Positions 9,527 to 20,622 of a stretch of DNA of 64,000 nt are shown one piece after another (within the stretch, counting starts at the first letter, position 1; each line of letters begins with the position of its first letter). Origin of the DNA: an uncultured Chloroflexia bacterium (GTDB lineage Bacteria; Chloroflexota; Anaerolineae; CG2-30-64-16); contig CAWEMM010000001.1 of the NCBI GenBank assembly GCA_963810095.1, forward strand, positions 32,001 through 96,000, written 5' to 3'. The notes under the pieces were generated by a model that searched no databases, was not told the DNA's origin, and was given only the letters and a program-made list of their open reading frames with translations. A program made the translations under genes and the position numbers.

Positions 9527-11409
9527 GCGTGGAGGAGCAGGCGGGCCCGCTCGCTGCTGGTCGACCTGGCTTGTGCGCTGCTCGCAGGGGCACTATGGTA
9601 CGTGCGGCCAGAGTTGGGACCGTGGCCGCTGCTGCTGATTCTGGTGGGCCTGGTCGTGCGGCACCTCGTCGAGCCCCGCCCCGTCTTTGAGCTATCCGGC
9701 TTTGACCTTGCGATTGGCCTGTTCGCCCTCTCAGCGTTCGTCGGGCTGTTGATCGCGTACCACTGGGACGCCGCGCTGGCTAAGTTCTGGCTAATCGCCG
9801 GCGGCATCGGACTGTACGGAGCGATCGCACGCGCACCTGCGACGGTCAGGCTCGGCCGCCGCGAGGTCGCGCCGGTTACCGCGCTGACTTGCCGTACTAC
9901 CCTCCGCCCTCGGCGCTTACTTCATCCTTACGGCCGACTACGGGCTGGTCGACGGCAAACTGCCTCTGTTCGACGGCCTCTATCGCTGGCTGGCGGCTGC
10001 GCTGCCCCGGGTGCCGGTGGAAGGGCTACATCCCAATGTCGCCGGCGGGATCATTGCAGTGCTGCTGCCGCTGCAGTTTATCGCGCTGTGGGGCCGGAAA
10101 GAAAGGTACGTGCTGCTGCCCGTCTCGGCCGCGGCGCTGCTCCTGTCGGCGTCCCGCGGCGCCTGGCTGGCGTTGGCCGCGATCGGGACGGCATGGTTCA
10201 TCATCGCGGCCGCTCGTTCGCGCCGGCGCGTGCTCGAGGCCGCCGCGGCCGCCACAGCGATTGCGCTGCTCATCCTCGCGGTGCTGATTGTGCCCACCAT
10301 CCTCGCGCAAGGCAACCAGCCTGGCCCCGGGCCGGCCGGTGCAGCGCCAGCCGCCGCGACAAGCACCACATACGACTCTGCCCGCGCCAGCGACGCCCTG
10401 CCTGCCGCTCCGGCCCCCGCGCCGTCGACGGCGGAGGGCCGGGCGACCTTGTTCGGGAATGCCTTGGGCCTGGCCTGGGACTACGCGCTCACGGGTCTGG
10501 GGCTGGAGGGCTTCCAGATGGCCTTCTCCAGCTACGTGCTGCTGCTTCACGTGGGACACACGAACCACGCGCACAACATCTTTCTGGACGTGTGGCTGGG
10601 CCAGGGGTTGCTGGGTCTCGGCTCGCTGATCTGGTTGCTGGCTACGGCCGTGATCGCTCTGCGCCGCATTCTGCAGCTGGGCGATCAGGACGGCCGGGCG
10701 TGGGCGCTGGCTGCGGCGGCCTCAGTTGCGGTCATGGTGCTGCACGGCCTGGTCGACGACGCCTTTTACGCCACCCGGGGCATCCTGTTCATGTTCCTCC
10801 CCTTTGCCGTCCTTGCAAGGGAGCAAGCCGTGGCGCTGTGGCAGGACGAAAACCCGCCCGCCAGGTTCTCCGATTTCCTCACCGGCAAGGGTGGGCTGCG
10901 GACGGCCATCGTGCTGACGCTCGCCATGCTGATTGCCCTGCTCCCACCCATCCGCAGCCAGATTCAGGCCAATCTGGGGGCGCTGGCCCAGACGCGCGCC
11001 GAGCTGTCGATCTACGAGTGGCCGAAGTGGCCGGTACAAGACGAACTGCGCCGGTCGCCCGAAGTGGAACTGGACCGCCGCCGTGGCCCGTTATCAGAGA
11101 GCCCTGGCGCTCGACGGAGCGAACGCGACCGCAAACCGCAGGCTCGGCCAGGTTGCCTTCTCGCGCGGCGACTATGCCAACGCGGGCCGGCTGCTCGCCA
11201 CTGCATACCGCAGTGGCTACACGAATCGAGCAACGCGGGAGCTCTACGGCGAGTGGTTGGCGATCAATGGCCGCCCGCAAGAAGCGGCCGCGCTGTGGCG
11301 GACGATCGACATGAGCAATGGACAGTTGGCCGGACGCACCTGGTGGTTTGAACACATCGGAAGACCGGAGTTCGCGGCCGCGCTGCGGCTGGCCGAGTCC
11401 ATGCGCTAG
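9523..11409 (+). CDS. O-antigen ligase/oligosaccharyltransferase (Wzy_C) family membrane protein with C-terminal TPR (several frameshifts; start uncertain)
   Basis: Multi-TM with HPNVAGG, SRGAWL, TGLGLEGF, HAHNIFLDVWLGQGLLG and LHGLVD. TPR-like YQRALALD lies in the last fragment. Confidence 0.8.
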
Positions 11410-11436
11410 GATCGATAGGAAGTAACGGAGGAAACC

Positions 11437-12365
11437 GTGGCAGAAACAGCCCTCGTAACCGGTGGCGCCGGCTTCATCGGATCGCATATCGTGGATGCGC
11501 TGCTGCGCGAGGGTTACCACGTCGCGGTGATCGACAATCTCTCGACCGGCAAGCGCGAGAACCTCAACCCCCGAGCGGTTCTACGAGGTGGACATCCGGG
11601 ACGCAGCGGCGGTGGACAAGGTCTTCGCTGCGGGAGCACCCAGCGCTGGTGTCGCACCAGGCCGCGCAGGCCGACGTGCGGGCCAGCCTGGTCGATCCGG
11701 CCGGCTACGCACAGACCAACATCGTCGGAACGCTCAACCTGCTGCAGGCGGCGAGGGCGGCGGGCACGCGGAAGTTCCTGCTCGCGTCGACCGGCGGCGC
11801 TGTGTACGGTAACCCCGAGGAACTCCCTGCGACCGAGCGCTGCCCCGCGCACCCGCTGGACCCGTACGGAACGAGCAAGCTGGCGTGCGAGTACTACCTC
11901 TTCACTTACAAGCACAATTTCGGGCTCGACTACTGCGTGCTGCGTTATGCCAACGTCTATGGCCCGCGGCAAAACGCGGACGGCGAGGCCGGGGTGGTCG
12001 CGATTTTTGCCAAGGGGATGCTGTCGGGCCGGCCGCTGACGATCTGGGGCGACGGGCGTCAAAGCCGGGACTTCGTCTACGTCGCGGACGTGGCAGCGGC
12101 GAATGTGGCCGCGGCAAAGCTCGGCAGCGGAATCTATAACATCGGCACGGGGCTGCCGACCGATATCGTGACGCTTGCCCACCAACTGGCCCGGATCACT
12201 GGCTACACGCAAGAGATCCAACATGGTCCTGCGAAGCAAGGCGAAGTGCGACACACCTACCTGGATTCGCACAAGGCCCGGCACGAGCTGGGCTGGGAGC
12301 CCGCGGTGGGGATGCAAGAGGGTCTGGAGCGGACGGTAGCATCGTTCAACGGGGCGGGCGTATGA
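11437..12365 (+). CDS. NAD-dependent epimerase, UDP-glucose 4-epimerase-like (two frameshifts near 11580 and 11645)
   Basis: Motifs [41 protein letters not shown] and RDFVYV. Confidence 0.88.
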
Positions 12366-13327
12366 GGTACCTGATCACCGGCGGCGCGGGCTTCATCGGT
12401 TCGCACCTGTGCGAGTTGCTGTTGGGACAGGGGCACCGGGTTGTCGCGATCGACGACGAGTCGACCGGCCGGGTCGCCAATATCCAGCACCTCCGCCCGC
12501 TGCCCCACTTTCAGTTCGTGCGCGAGAACATCAACAACGCGCAGGTGCTCGACCGGCTGACGAGCGAGGCGGACGTTGTCGTGCACCTGGCCGCGGCCGT
12601 GGGCGTTCAGTTGATCGTGAACGACCCGGTTCACACGATCCGCACGAACATCATGGGGACCGAGTCCGTGCTGGCGGCGGCCCACCGTTACAGCTGCCGC
12701 GTGATCGTGGCGTCCACGTCGGAGGTGTACGGCAAAGGCGTGCGGGTGCCGTTCAGAGAAGACGACGACCGGCTGATGGGGCCGACGATCCGCAGCCGGT
12801 GGGCCTACGCGGAATCGAAGGCGGTGGACGAGTTCCTGTCGCTGGCCTATCACCACCAGTACGGCCTGCCGGTGATCATCACGCGCTTCTTCAACACCGT
12901 TGGGCCCCGGCAGACCGGGCGCTATGGCATGGTCGTGCCGCGTTTTGTGCGCCAGGCGCTGCTGGGCGAACCGCTCGAGGTGTATGGCGATGGGAAGCAG
13001 ACTCGTTGCTTCGGCGACGTGGCCGACGTGGTGCGTGCTGTGGCCGCGCTGGCCGAGCAGCCTGCGGCGATCGGCCAGGTGTTCAATGTAGGCAACACGG
13101 AGGAAATCTCGATTCGCGGCCTGGCGGAGCGGGTGCTTGAACTGACGCAATCGAGCTCAGAGATCAGGACGGTGCCCTATGACGAGGCGTATGGCCCCGG
13201 CTTCGAAGACATGCAGCGTCGGGTGCCGAGCATCGAAAAGCTGCACAAGCTGATCGGATACATCCCGCGCTGCACGTTGGACGACACGCTGCGGCGCGTG
13301 ATCGAGTACGAGCGGGAGCGCATTTGA
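12362..13327 (+). CDS. NAD-dependent nucleotide-sugar epimerase/dehydratase (extended SDR)
   Basis: Motifs [30 protein letters not shown] and RFFNTVGPRQ. Confidence 0.92.
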   Translation: MRYLITGGAGFIGSHLCELLLGQGHRVVAIDDESTGRVANIQHLRPLPHFQFVRENINNAQVLDRLTSEADVVVHLAAAVGVQLIVNDPVHTIRTNIMGTESVLAAAHRYSCRVIVASTSEVYGKGVRVPFREDDDRLMGPTIRSRWAYAESKAVDEFLSLAYHHQYGLPVIITRFFNTVGPRQTGRYGMVVPRFVRQALLGEPLEVYGDGKQTRCFGDVADVVRAVAALAEQPAAIGQVFNVGNTEEISIRGLAERVLELTQSSSEIRTVPYDEAYGPGFEDMQRRVPSIEKLHKLIGYIPRCTLDDTLRRVIEYERERI

Positions 13328-14226
13328 GCCTGCCAATAGCCGAGGGCCTGGGCGACCAGGTCCCAGCCTCCCCGCCACGCACGGGTGAGCCGGCGGCTGG
13401 TGTTACCGTAATCGAACCGACCCGCGGCCTGGCGGCGCTGCAGCTCCGGGCGCTCTGGGAGTACCGCGAGCTGCTCCTATTCCTCGCCTGGCGTGACGTG
13501 AAAGTGCGCTATAAGCAAACCGCGCTCGGCGTGACCTGGATCGTGCTGCAGCCGGTGCTTAGCACGGTGGTCTTCACGCTGATTTTCGGCGTGCTGCTGC
13601 AGGTCCCGTCGAACGGCGCGCCGTACGCGCTGTTCTCGCTTGCGGCCCTGGTGCCTTGGCAGTACTTCGCGGGGAGCATGAGCCGGGTCGGCGGGAGCCT
13701 GGTGAACAGTTCCAACCTGATCACCAAGGTGTACTTCCCGCGGCTGATCATCCCGCTGACGGGCGTGATCTCGACGCTCGTCGACTTTGCCATCGGGTTC
13801 GTCGTGCTGCTGGTGCTGATCTTCGCCTACCGGGTGCCGCTGACCGCGCAGGTTGTCTGGCTGCCGTTGTTTCTGGTGTTGGCGATCGTGACCGCGCTTG
13901 GCTTCGGCCTGTGGCTGGCCGCGTTGAACGTGAAGTACCGGGACGTCAACTACCTGATTCCCTTCCTGCTGCAGCTGTGGATGTATGCCACGCCCGTCGT
14001 GTACGGTGCGACGGTGATCCCCGAGCGATTGCGTTGGGTGATGGCGCTAAACCCGATGACGGGCGTGGTCGAGGGGTTCCGGTGGTGCCTGCTCGGGGGC
14101 GTGCTAGTCGAGACCGCGCCGCCGGGGCCGCTGACGCTGGCCACCGCGGCGATCTCGCTGGTGGTGCTGGTGACGGGCATCGTCTTCTTCCGGTCGACGG
14201 AGAAGACGTTTGCGGACGTGATCTAG
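13324..14226 (+). CDS. wzm: ABC-2 glycan export permease Wzm
   Basis: Motifs RDVKVRYKQTALG, LITKVYFPR, YATPVVY, LNPM and FADVI, with six TM segments. Confidence 0.93.
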   Translation: MSLPIAEGLGDQVPASPPRTGEPAAGVTVIEPTRGLAALQLRALWEYRELLLFLAWRDVKVRYKQTALGVTWIVLQPVLSTVVFTLIFGVLLQVPSNGAPYALFSLAALVPWQYFAGSMSRVGGSLVNSSNLITKVYFPRLIIPLTGVISTLVDFAIGFVVLLVLIFAYRVPLTAQVVWLPLFLVLAIVTALGFGLWLAALNVKYRDVNYLIPFLLQLWMYATPVVYGATVIPERLRWVMALNPMTGVVEGFRWCLLGGVLVETAPPGPLTLATAAISLVVLVTGIVFFRSTEKTFADVI

Positions 14227-14241
14227 TGCGAGTTTCGTTCG

Positions 14242-15492
14242 ATGTCTGACGTCGCGATCCGGGTCGAGAACCTAGCCAAGCAGTACCGCATCGGGGCCGC
14301 GCAGGTGCGTCACGACACGCTGCGCGACGCGCTGGCGGCTAAGTTCCGCCGCGACGGACGCCATGGCGAGACCAACACGATCTGGGCGCTCAAGGACGTC
14401 TCGTTCGAGGTCAAGCGGGGCGAAGTGGTCGGCGTGATCGGGCGGAACGGCGCGGGCAAGTCGACGCTGCTCAAGATCCTGTCACGCATCACCGAGCCGA
14501 CGAGCGGGCGGGCCGAGATACACGGCCGGGTGGGCAGCCTGCTGGAGGTCGGTACGGGCTTTCATCCCGAGCTGACGGGCCGGGAAAACATCTACCTGAA
14601 CGGCGCGATCCTGGGGATGAAGCGCGCCGAGATCGCCGCGAAGTTCGACGAGATCGTCGCGTTTGCCGAGATCGAGAAGTTCCTCGACACGCCGGTGAAG
14701 CGCTATTCGAGCGGCATGTACGTGCGGCTGGCGTTTGCCGTGGCCGCGCACCTGGAGCCGGAGATCCTGCTGGTGGACGAGGTGCTGGCGGTGGGGGATG
14801 TGGGGTTCCAGAAGAAGTGCCTGGGGAAGATGGGGGACGTGGCGCACGAAGGGCGGACCGTGCTGTTCGTGAGCCATAATCTTCCCGTCGTACGAAACCT
14901 ATGCCGCGTTACTCTGGTATTTGGTGAGGGTCGCCTGGCAAACTACGGATCGACGAACGCGCTCCTGGACGAGTATCAGAGAAGTACGGGCACCCTGGGC
15001 AGCGAACGCACGCTCTCGCGGCGTTCGCAAGGTGAACCCGGAGAACTCGAGTTTGTCGCGATCCGGGTGCAGAGTCCCGGCGAGGCCCCGAGCCAGCAAC
15101 TCGCCCTGAGCAAGGGCGTGGAACTTGAGCTCGATTATGAAATCATCGAGCCGGTAGCTGGCGCGAATGTCTGTTTTCAGCTTTGGAACGCAGACGGAGT
15201 CTGCATACTGACGAGCACGGACGTGGACAGCGCCCCTGAGTCGATCCATGACGAGCGGCTACCCGGCACCTACCGGGCGCGCTGCCGCGTCTCGCCGGAA
15301 TTCCTGAGGCCGGGCGATTACCGCGTGGACCTATCGGCCAGCATTCCTCGTGTGCGTTGGTTGTGCGAGACTGCGCACGCGTTGTCGTTCACGGTCTATG
15401 ACGATGGGAGCGTATGCTCCAAGCTGAATCAGGGCAGGCTCGGGGCTGTTGCGCCGGTTCTGCCGTGGATTTCGGAGCCGTTGGAGGGTTGA
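14242..15492 (+). CDS. wzt: ABC glycan export ATPase Wzt with C-terminal carbohydrate-binding domain
   Basis: GRNGAGKST, YSSGMYVRLAF, DEVLAVGD and VSH motifs, followed by a ~170 aa Wzt_C-like extension. Confidence 0.94.
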   Translation: MSDVAIRVENLAKQYRIGAAQVRHDTLRDALAAKFRRDGRHGETNTIWALKDVSFEVKRGEVVGVIGRNGAGKSTLLKILSRITEPTSGRAEIHGRVGSLLEVGTGFHPELTGRENIYLNGAILGMKRAEIAAKFDEIVAFAEIEKFLDTPVKRYSSGMYVRLAFAVAAHLEPEILLVDEVLAVGDVGFQKKCLGKMGDVAHEGRTVLFVSHNLPVVRNLCRVTLVFGEGRLANYGSTNALLDEYQRSTGTLGSERTLSRRSQGEPGELEFVAIRVQSPGEAPSQQLALSKGVELELDYEIIEPVAGANVCFQLWNADGVCILTSTDVDSAPESIHDERLPGTYRARCRVSPEFLRPGDYRVDLSASIPRVRWLCETAHALSFTVYDDGSVCSKLNQGRLGAVAPVLPWISEPLEG

Positions 15493-15497
15493 GCAGC

Positions 15498-16778
15498 ATG
15501 TTCAAAGGCGTACGCGACGCGTTGAAGCGGCGGCCAATCATTCTTAGCACCTACCGCCGGTCGCGGGCAGCCGCCCAACATTTGAAGCGTTGGATCATCA
15601 AGCCTCAGCCGCCCCGTTTTCTTGACGTGCAGTTGATTGCCACCGAAACGCCCCTGGCGCGCCGCGCATTGCTCGCATACGTTGCCCCGCCCCTGCCGCT
15701 AACGCCCGAGGACCCGGATTTCTTCTTCGACCGTTCGATCTATACGTGGCACACCTACGTCATCGCGCGTATCCTGAACGAATTGGGGTACACGGTCGAC
15801 ATCATCAACTGGAACGACAAGGATTTCCGACTGCGCCGCACGTATGACCTCTTCTTCGGCCACGGCGGCATGATCTCAGAAAATCTGATGCGCCAGCTTC
15901 CACCCGAGGGCGCGCGCATCATGTGGACATCGACGAGGTACTTTGCGTGCCACAATCGGGAAGAACTGCTCCGTCTCGACGAGCTTGAACGGCGCCGCGG
16001 CGTCCGTCTGCCGCCTGACCGGTTCGTTTATGATAGCGAAGAGTCCGCTCTGACGCATGCCGAGGGCATAATTGGCCTGGGGAACGGCGAGACAGGTGCG
16101 ACATACGCGTCCTTTCCCCGCGTCTGGACGGTCAATAACATGGTGCGGCCGCAATCGGATTTTGACGTGCAGAAGAAGGACTTCGCGTCGGGGCGCTTTC
16201 ACTTCCTGCACTTCTCGGGCATGGGCGCAGTGCAGAAGGGGCTGGACTACCTGCTCGAAGCTTTTCTGACATTGCCGGATTACCACCTCTGGATTGCCAT
16301 GCCGATCGAGCCAGCGTTCGCCCAAGTCTACCATGCTGCGCTCTACGAAACGCCTAACATCCATGTCATGGGAACCATCCGCCCTCGCGACCAGGTGTTC
16401 CTGGGACTCATGAGCAGGTGCAACTTCGTCCTCTCCGCGTCGTGCGGGGAAGGGCAGCCCCACGCGATCCTCGAATGCATGGCCTACGGGCTCATCCCCG
16501 TCGTATCCCACGCGACGGGGATCGACATTGATCCGTTCGGCCGGCTCATCGAGCCCTGCACCATCGGCAAGGTCCGCGAGATGGTCCTGGAACTGTCGTC
16601 CTACGAGGCTGACGAGTGCCGGACATTAGCCGTGGCCGCAATCGAGGCAGCCCGCACCACTTTCACCGAGGCCCGCTTCGAGGCGGGCGTTGCAACCGCT
16701 GTCCGAGAAATCCTCGCCGCGCACCAGACGCGTGTCTCGGGCGATGCCCGGGTCTCGCCCGATCCGAGCCGCGCATGA
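15498..16778 (+). CDS. Glycosyltransferase, GT4-like
   Basis: QKGLDYLLEAF and the EX7E-type motif EGQPHAILECMAYG. Confidence 0.8.
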   Translation: MFKGVRDALKRRPIILSTYRRSRAAAQHLKRWIIKPQPPRFLDVQLIATETPLARRALLAYVAPPLPLTPEDPDFFFDRSIYTWHTYVIARILNELGYTVDIINWNDKDFRLRRTYDLFFGHGGMISENLMRQLPPEGARIMWTSTRYFACHNREELLRLDELERRRGVRLPPDRFVYDSEESALTHAEGIIGLGNGETGATYASFPRVWTVNNMVRPQSDFDVQKKDFASGRFHFLHFSGMGAVQKGLDYLLEAFLTLPDYHLWIAMPIEPAFAQVYHAALYETPNIHVMGTIRPRDQVFLGLMSRCNFVLSASCGEGQPHAILECMAYGLIPVVSHATGIDIDPFGRLIEPCTIGKVREMVLELSSYEADECRTLAVAAIEAARTTFTEARFEAGVATAVREILAAHQTRVSGDARVSPDPSRA

Positions 16779-18272
16779 CGAGCATCTCGCTTCTCAAGGT
16801 CATCCAAGTATCTCTCGTCAGCCTGGTGTTCGCCGCCGCCTTAATACCCGGCGTGGCGGCGCAGTCAGCAGAACCGGGGCGATGGAGCGAAGTCCGCAAC
16901 CTGACCGGTTGGTTGGACCAGCCGGTAGGCCCCCGGTATCCCCGGCTTACAGCCGACGCGGCTGGCACGGGCCATGCTATCTGGGAAGGCTGGGCAGGCC
17001 CTGCACCCGAGTCTTTCGCGGGCAGCAACGCGATCTTCTACAGCCGCTACACGGGCGACGTGTGGAGCGATCCTACCGACATCTTGGCGGCAGGCGGCGA
17101 GGAGTTGCTCGCCGGAAGCGACATCGAAGCGACCCCCGACGGTACAGTCCTTGTACTGTGGACTACTGGAGGATCGGTCGTGTTGAGTCGGGCGCCGGCT
17201 GCTGAGGCCGGCGACGCGCGGGCGTGGAGGAGCCAGGGCATCGTTTCGGGCACTGACGGGAGATTGGCGCAAGACGCAGTCTCGGGGCGCTGGCATCTCA
17301 CAGCCGTCAATGGTGGTAATCTGCAGTTCTGGACCTCTGAAGATCGTGGCGAGACCTGGGACTCGGCCGGGATCGTCTGGGAGGCGGCTCCGGAGTCGCG
17401 CATTGCGGTCAACGGCGACCTGTTGGTCGACCAACACGGCACGCTGCATGCGGTTTGGAGCGAGCACGATCCGACGCAAGGATACGCGGGGGTGGCGATC
17501 TGGCACGGCTGGCAGCCTGCGGGCGAATCCGCAATGCGGGTCCGCGAGGTGGCGCGTCGGGTCACGGAAGGCGCACCCACGATCGCGTCGCCTACAATCG
17601 CGACCTCGGACAGCGGGAACCATCTGCATCGCGTGGAACAACGGGGCGGGCACCAGCACCGGGCGCTTCATGCAATGTTCCTATGACTTGGGCGCCACGT
17701 GGCAGAACACAGAATCTGTGTACCCGGGCTTGAGCGGCCAGACCCGGCAGCCCGGCCTGCTCTTTGACGCCACGGGCGCCCTCCATTTTATTTCAGCCGC
17801 CGAAGGTTTCGGTGACGCCCGAGGCGTGCTCCGATACGGGACGTATGCCAACGGCCGGTGGTCTCCGTTGACCAGCGTGGCTTCCGACGCGTTTCCTGGC
17901 GAGTTTCCAAGCGCGACCGTAGCCGGAGGGAACCAGCTCTTGGTAGTATGGAATGCCCTGCGGTCGAGCGCCGGTGGAGGCTCCGACCGCGCCATCGCTT
18001 TTTCCAGCACACGGATCGCTGCTCCCGAGATTAGCCCGCCCGGTTTTGCTCACCTGTCTCCCCAGGCGCCGACCTCGACCGGCGAGCCGGTTGCCACTCG
18101 CATCGCCCCCACTCGCTCAACAGACCCGCCCGCGCCGCTTGTTGCATCCGGCCGCGTACCCGTGACGGTGCCCCGCGGCCGAACGGATCTTGGCCTGCCG
18201 CTGGCGGTGCTGAGTTCCGCTCTCGTGGTCGGGGTGGTCGTCGTCGCACAGTTTATCCGGCGGCGCCGCTGA
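16775..18272 (+). CDS. Secreted Asp-box (BNR) beta-propeller protein with Pro/Thr linker and C-terminal TM-RRRR anchor (frameshift near 17615)
   Basis: Signal peptide ending VAA, Asp-boxes SEDRGETW and SYDLGATW, repeated G-x-x-H-x-x-W blades, then a hydrophobic tail followed by RRRR. Confidence 0.7.
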
Positions 18273-19474
18273 TGACCGAGCCCAGCGACACCCGCATGAG
18301 CGGCCTGACGATCTCAGTGGTGACGCCGTCGTTCAACAGCGTGCACACCATCGGCCGCACCATCGCTAGCGTCGAGGCGCAGGACTACCCCGCGCTGGAG
18401 CACATCATCATGGACGGCGGGTCGGCCGATGGGACAATCGGCGTCCTCCAACTTCATCGTCACCTCCGCTGGGTATCCGAGCCTGATCGGGGGCAGGCCC
18501 ACACGGTGAACAAAGCCGTGGCGCTGGCCCAAGGCGACATAGTCGGTTGGCTGAACTCCGACGACACCTATTGTCCCGGCGCCCTAGGTCAGGTGGCTGG
18601 CTACTTGTCCGCTCATCCCGAATGCGACGTCGTCGTGGGCCGCTGCAACATCATCGACGAGAACGATCGGGTGCTGGGGCGATTGACGGCAGCGCGCTAC
18701 GGCATTGCGGAGGATCTGCTCGAACACCGCCTGCCGCAGCCTTCGGGGTTCATGCGACGCAAAGCGTTCATGGAAGTGGGCGGGCTCGACGAGTCGCTGG
18801 CCTACGTGATGGACCGTGATCTATTTCTACGGTTGGGCCTGGCCGGCCGCATCGATACGATCGACGCGCCGTGGGCGAACTTCCGCGTTTGTGAGGGCAC
18901 GAAGACAACTTCGCACCCTGAGCGCTTCTGGCTCGAAACGTTAGGGGTTTTCGAGCGCTTCTTCAGCCGTGGCGATCTTCCGGCGGCAGCGCGGGCGGTC
19001 GAACGGCAGGTGACGGCTCGTGCGCTTTGGAACGCCGGCGTCCTGCTGCTAGCCGGCACCGACCCACTGGAGCAGGCGCAAGGAGCGATGTACTGCCGGC
19101 AGGCCCTCGACACCTACGACCTGACCGAGCACGATCTGCGGTTTCTTCAGGAGATGACGACGCACTGGGCCGCGGTACGCCGCCGCGACGATCCCATGTC
19201 CGTCGTGCAGGCGGTGCTCGATGTGACCAGGAGCGAGCGGACCCGCGATGAGCGGCTGCGGCGGGCGCTTACGTCGCATGCGGCGATCAACCTGTACATG
19301 GGCACTCTTAAGGCGGGGGAGTCGGCCGCCAGCCGTCAACGCCTGATGTATCTCGCGGCCGCATTGTGCGCTGAACCCAAGTGGGCGGCGAACCGGGGAG
19401 TGTGGTCCCGACTCATAAAGCACCTGTTGAGCTTGCCAGTGGCGGCACCTGGCATAGGAGTCGGCCTTGGCTAG
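18272..19474 (+). CDS. GT2 glycosyltransferase
   Basis: Motifs VVTPSFN, MDGGSADGT, WLNSDD and MDRDL. Confidence 0.9.
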   Translation: MTEPSDTRMSGLTISVVTPSFNSVHTIGRTIASVEAQDYPALEHIIMDGGSADGTIGVLQLHRHLRWVSEPDRGQAHTVNKAVALAQGDIVGWLNSDDTYCPGALGQVAGYLSAHPECDVVVGRCNIIDENDRVLGRLTAARYGIAEDLLEHRLPQPSGFMRRKAFMEVGGLDESLAYVMDRDLFLRLGLAGRIDTIDAPWANFRVCEGTKTTSHPERFWLETLGVFERFFSRGDLPAAARAVERQVTARALWNAGVLLLAGTDPLEQAQGAMYCRQALDTYDLTEHDLRFLQEMTTHWAAVRRRDDPMSVVQAVLDVTRSERTRDERLRRALTSHAAINLYMGTLKAGESAASRQRLMYLAAALCAEPKWAANRGVWSRLIKHLLSLPVAAPGIGVGLG

Positions 19475-20594
19475 GGTCAGTGTCATTATGCCGACATTTA
19501 ATGCGGCCTGCTTTATCGATCGGGCGATTGACAGCGTTCTCAACCAGACCTACGCCGACTGGGAACTGCTCGTTGTGGACGATGGATCAACTGATGACAC
19601 CGAAGACCGGGTCAAAGGACGCGAAGACGCTCGGATCAAGTACCTCTATCAGGCCAACCAGGGTGCTGCTTGTGCACGCGATCTCGGTCTGAAGGAGTCT
19701 GGCGGGGACTACGCTATCTTCCTCGATTCCGACGATTGGTGGGAGCCCGACTGCCTAGGCATCTTGGTGGGCGCCCTGAGTCGGGCCGATAGTAGCGTGG
19801 CAGTAGCCCATGCAGACTGGCAATACGTTAGCGGCTCCGGCACGTGCATCAACGCGGTAAGCAGCGCCATGGACGGGAATCATGCTCTCGCCACCCTGGT
19901 GTTGCGTAATCCTATTGCCATCCATTGCGCCCTCACCAGACGAGCCGCATTTGAAACGATCCACGGCTTCCCTGTGGAGCAACCTTCCTTGGAAGACTGG
20001 GAACTGTGGCTGCGAATCGCCGTTGCAGGTTATAGCTTTGTGCACGTCCCACAACAGCTGGCCTCGTATTACTGGCGTACTGGAAGCAAGGGGAAGGACC
20101 GGGCCAAGCGCAAAGCCGGACGGCTAGCGACGCTGCAACGGGTGTGGGCGATGAAGGGCCTTCCGCATCAACTTCGCCGCGTTGGAGCGCAAGTCCTATG
20201 GGACCGCCTATATTGACTTCTGTGTCTCGGCTTTTGAAGACCAGAAGGATGTCGATGCCTTGAGCGAACTGGAGACGGCGATAGACTACGATCCCGATGT
20301 TGGCAATAGCATCGATACGTTCTATCGCATTGCGTTTGCGACCTACCCCTCCGAGTCCGAGTTTAGCAAAACGGAGGCAGAGAGCCGCGTCGAGTGCTCT
20401 CTTTGCACCTAGGTAGCGCTCGCCCCCGCGCTTTCGAGCAAGCGCGTGTGCAGCCCACCAAGCGCTGGCGATGGCCTGCCTCTCGAATGGCTACAAAGCC
20501 GACGCTCGGCGTCACCTGCTAGAATCTGTCAAGCAAGAGCCGCGCCCTGTTGACGCGCACATTTCCTGTCCTGATTGCCAGGGCAATTGTCTGA
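19467..20594 (+). CDS. GT2 glycosyltransferase with helical/TPR-like C-terminus (frameshifted; end approximate)
   Basis: Motifs VIMPTFN, VVDDGSTD, FLDSDD and EDWELWLR. C-terminal fragments are at 20182-20412 and from 20471 onward. Confidence 0.78.
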
Positions 20595-20622
20595 TCGCGC
20601 GTACTCTATTTCAGGTCCTCCG

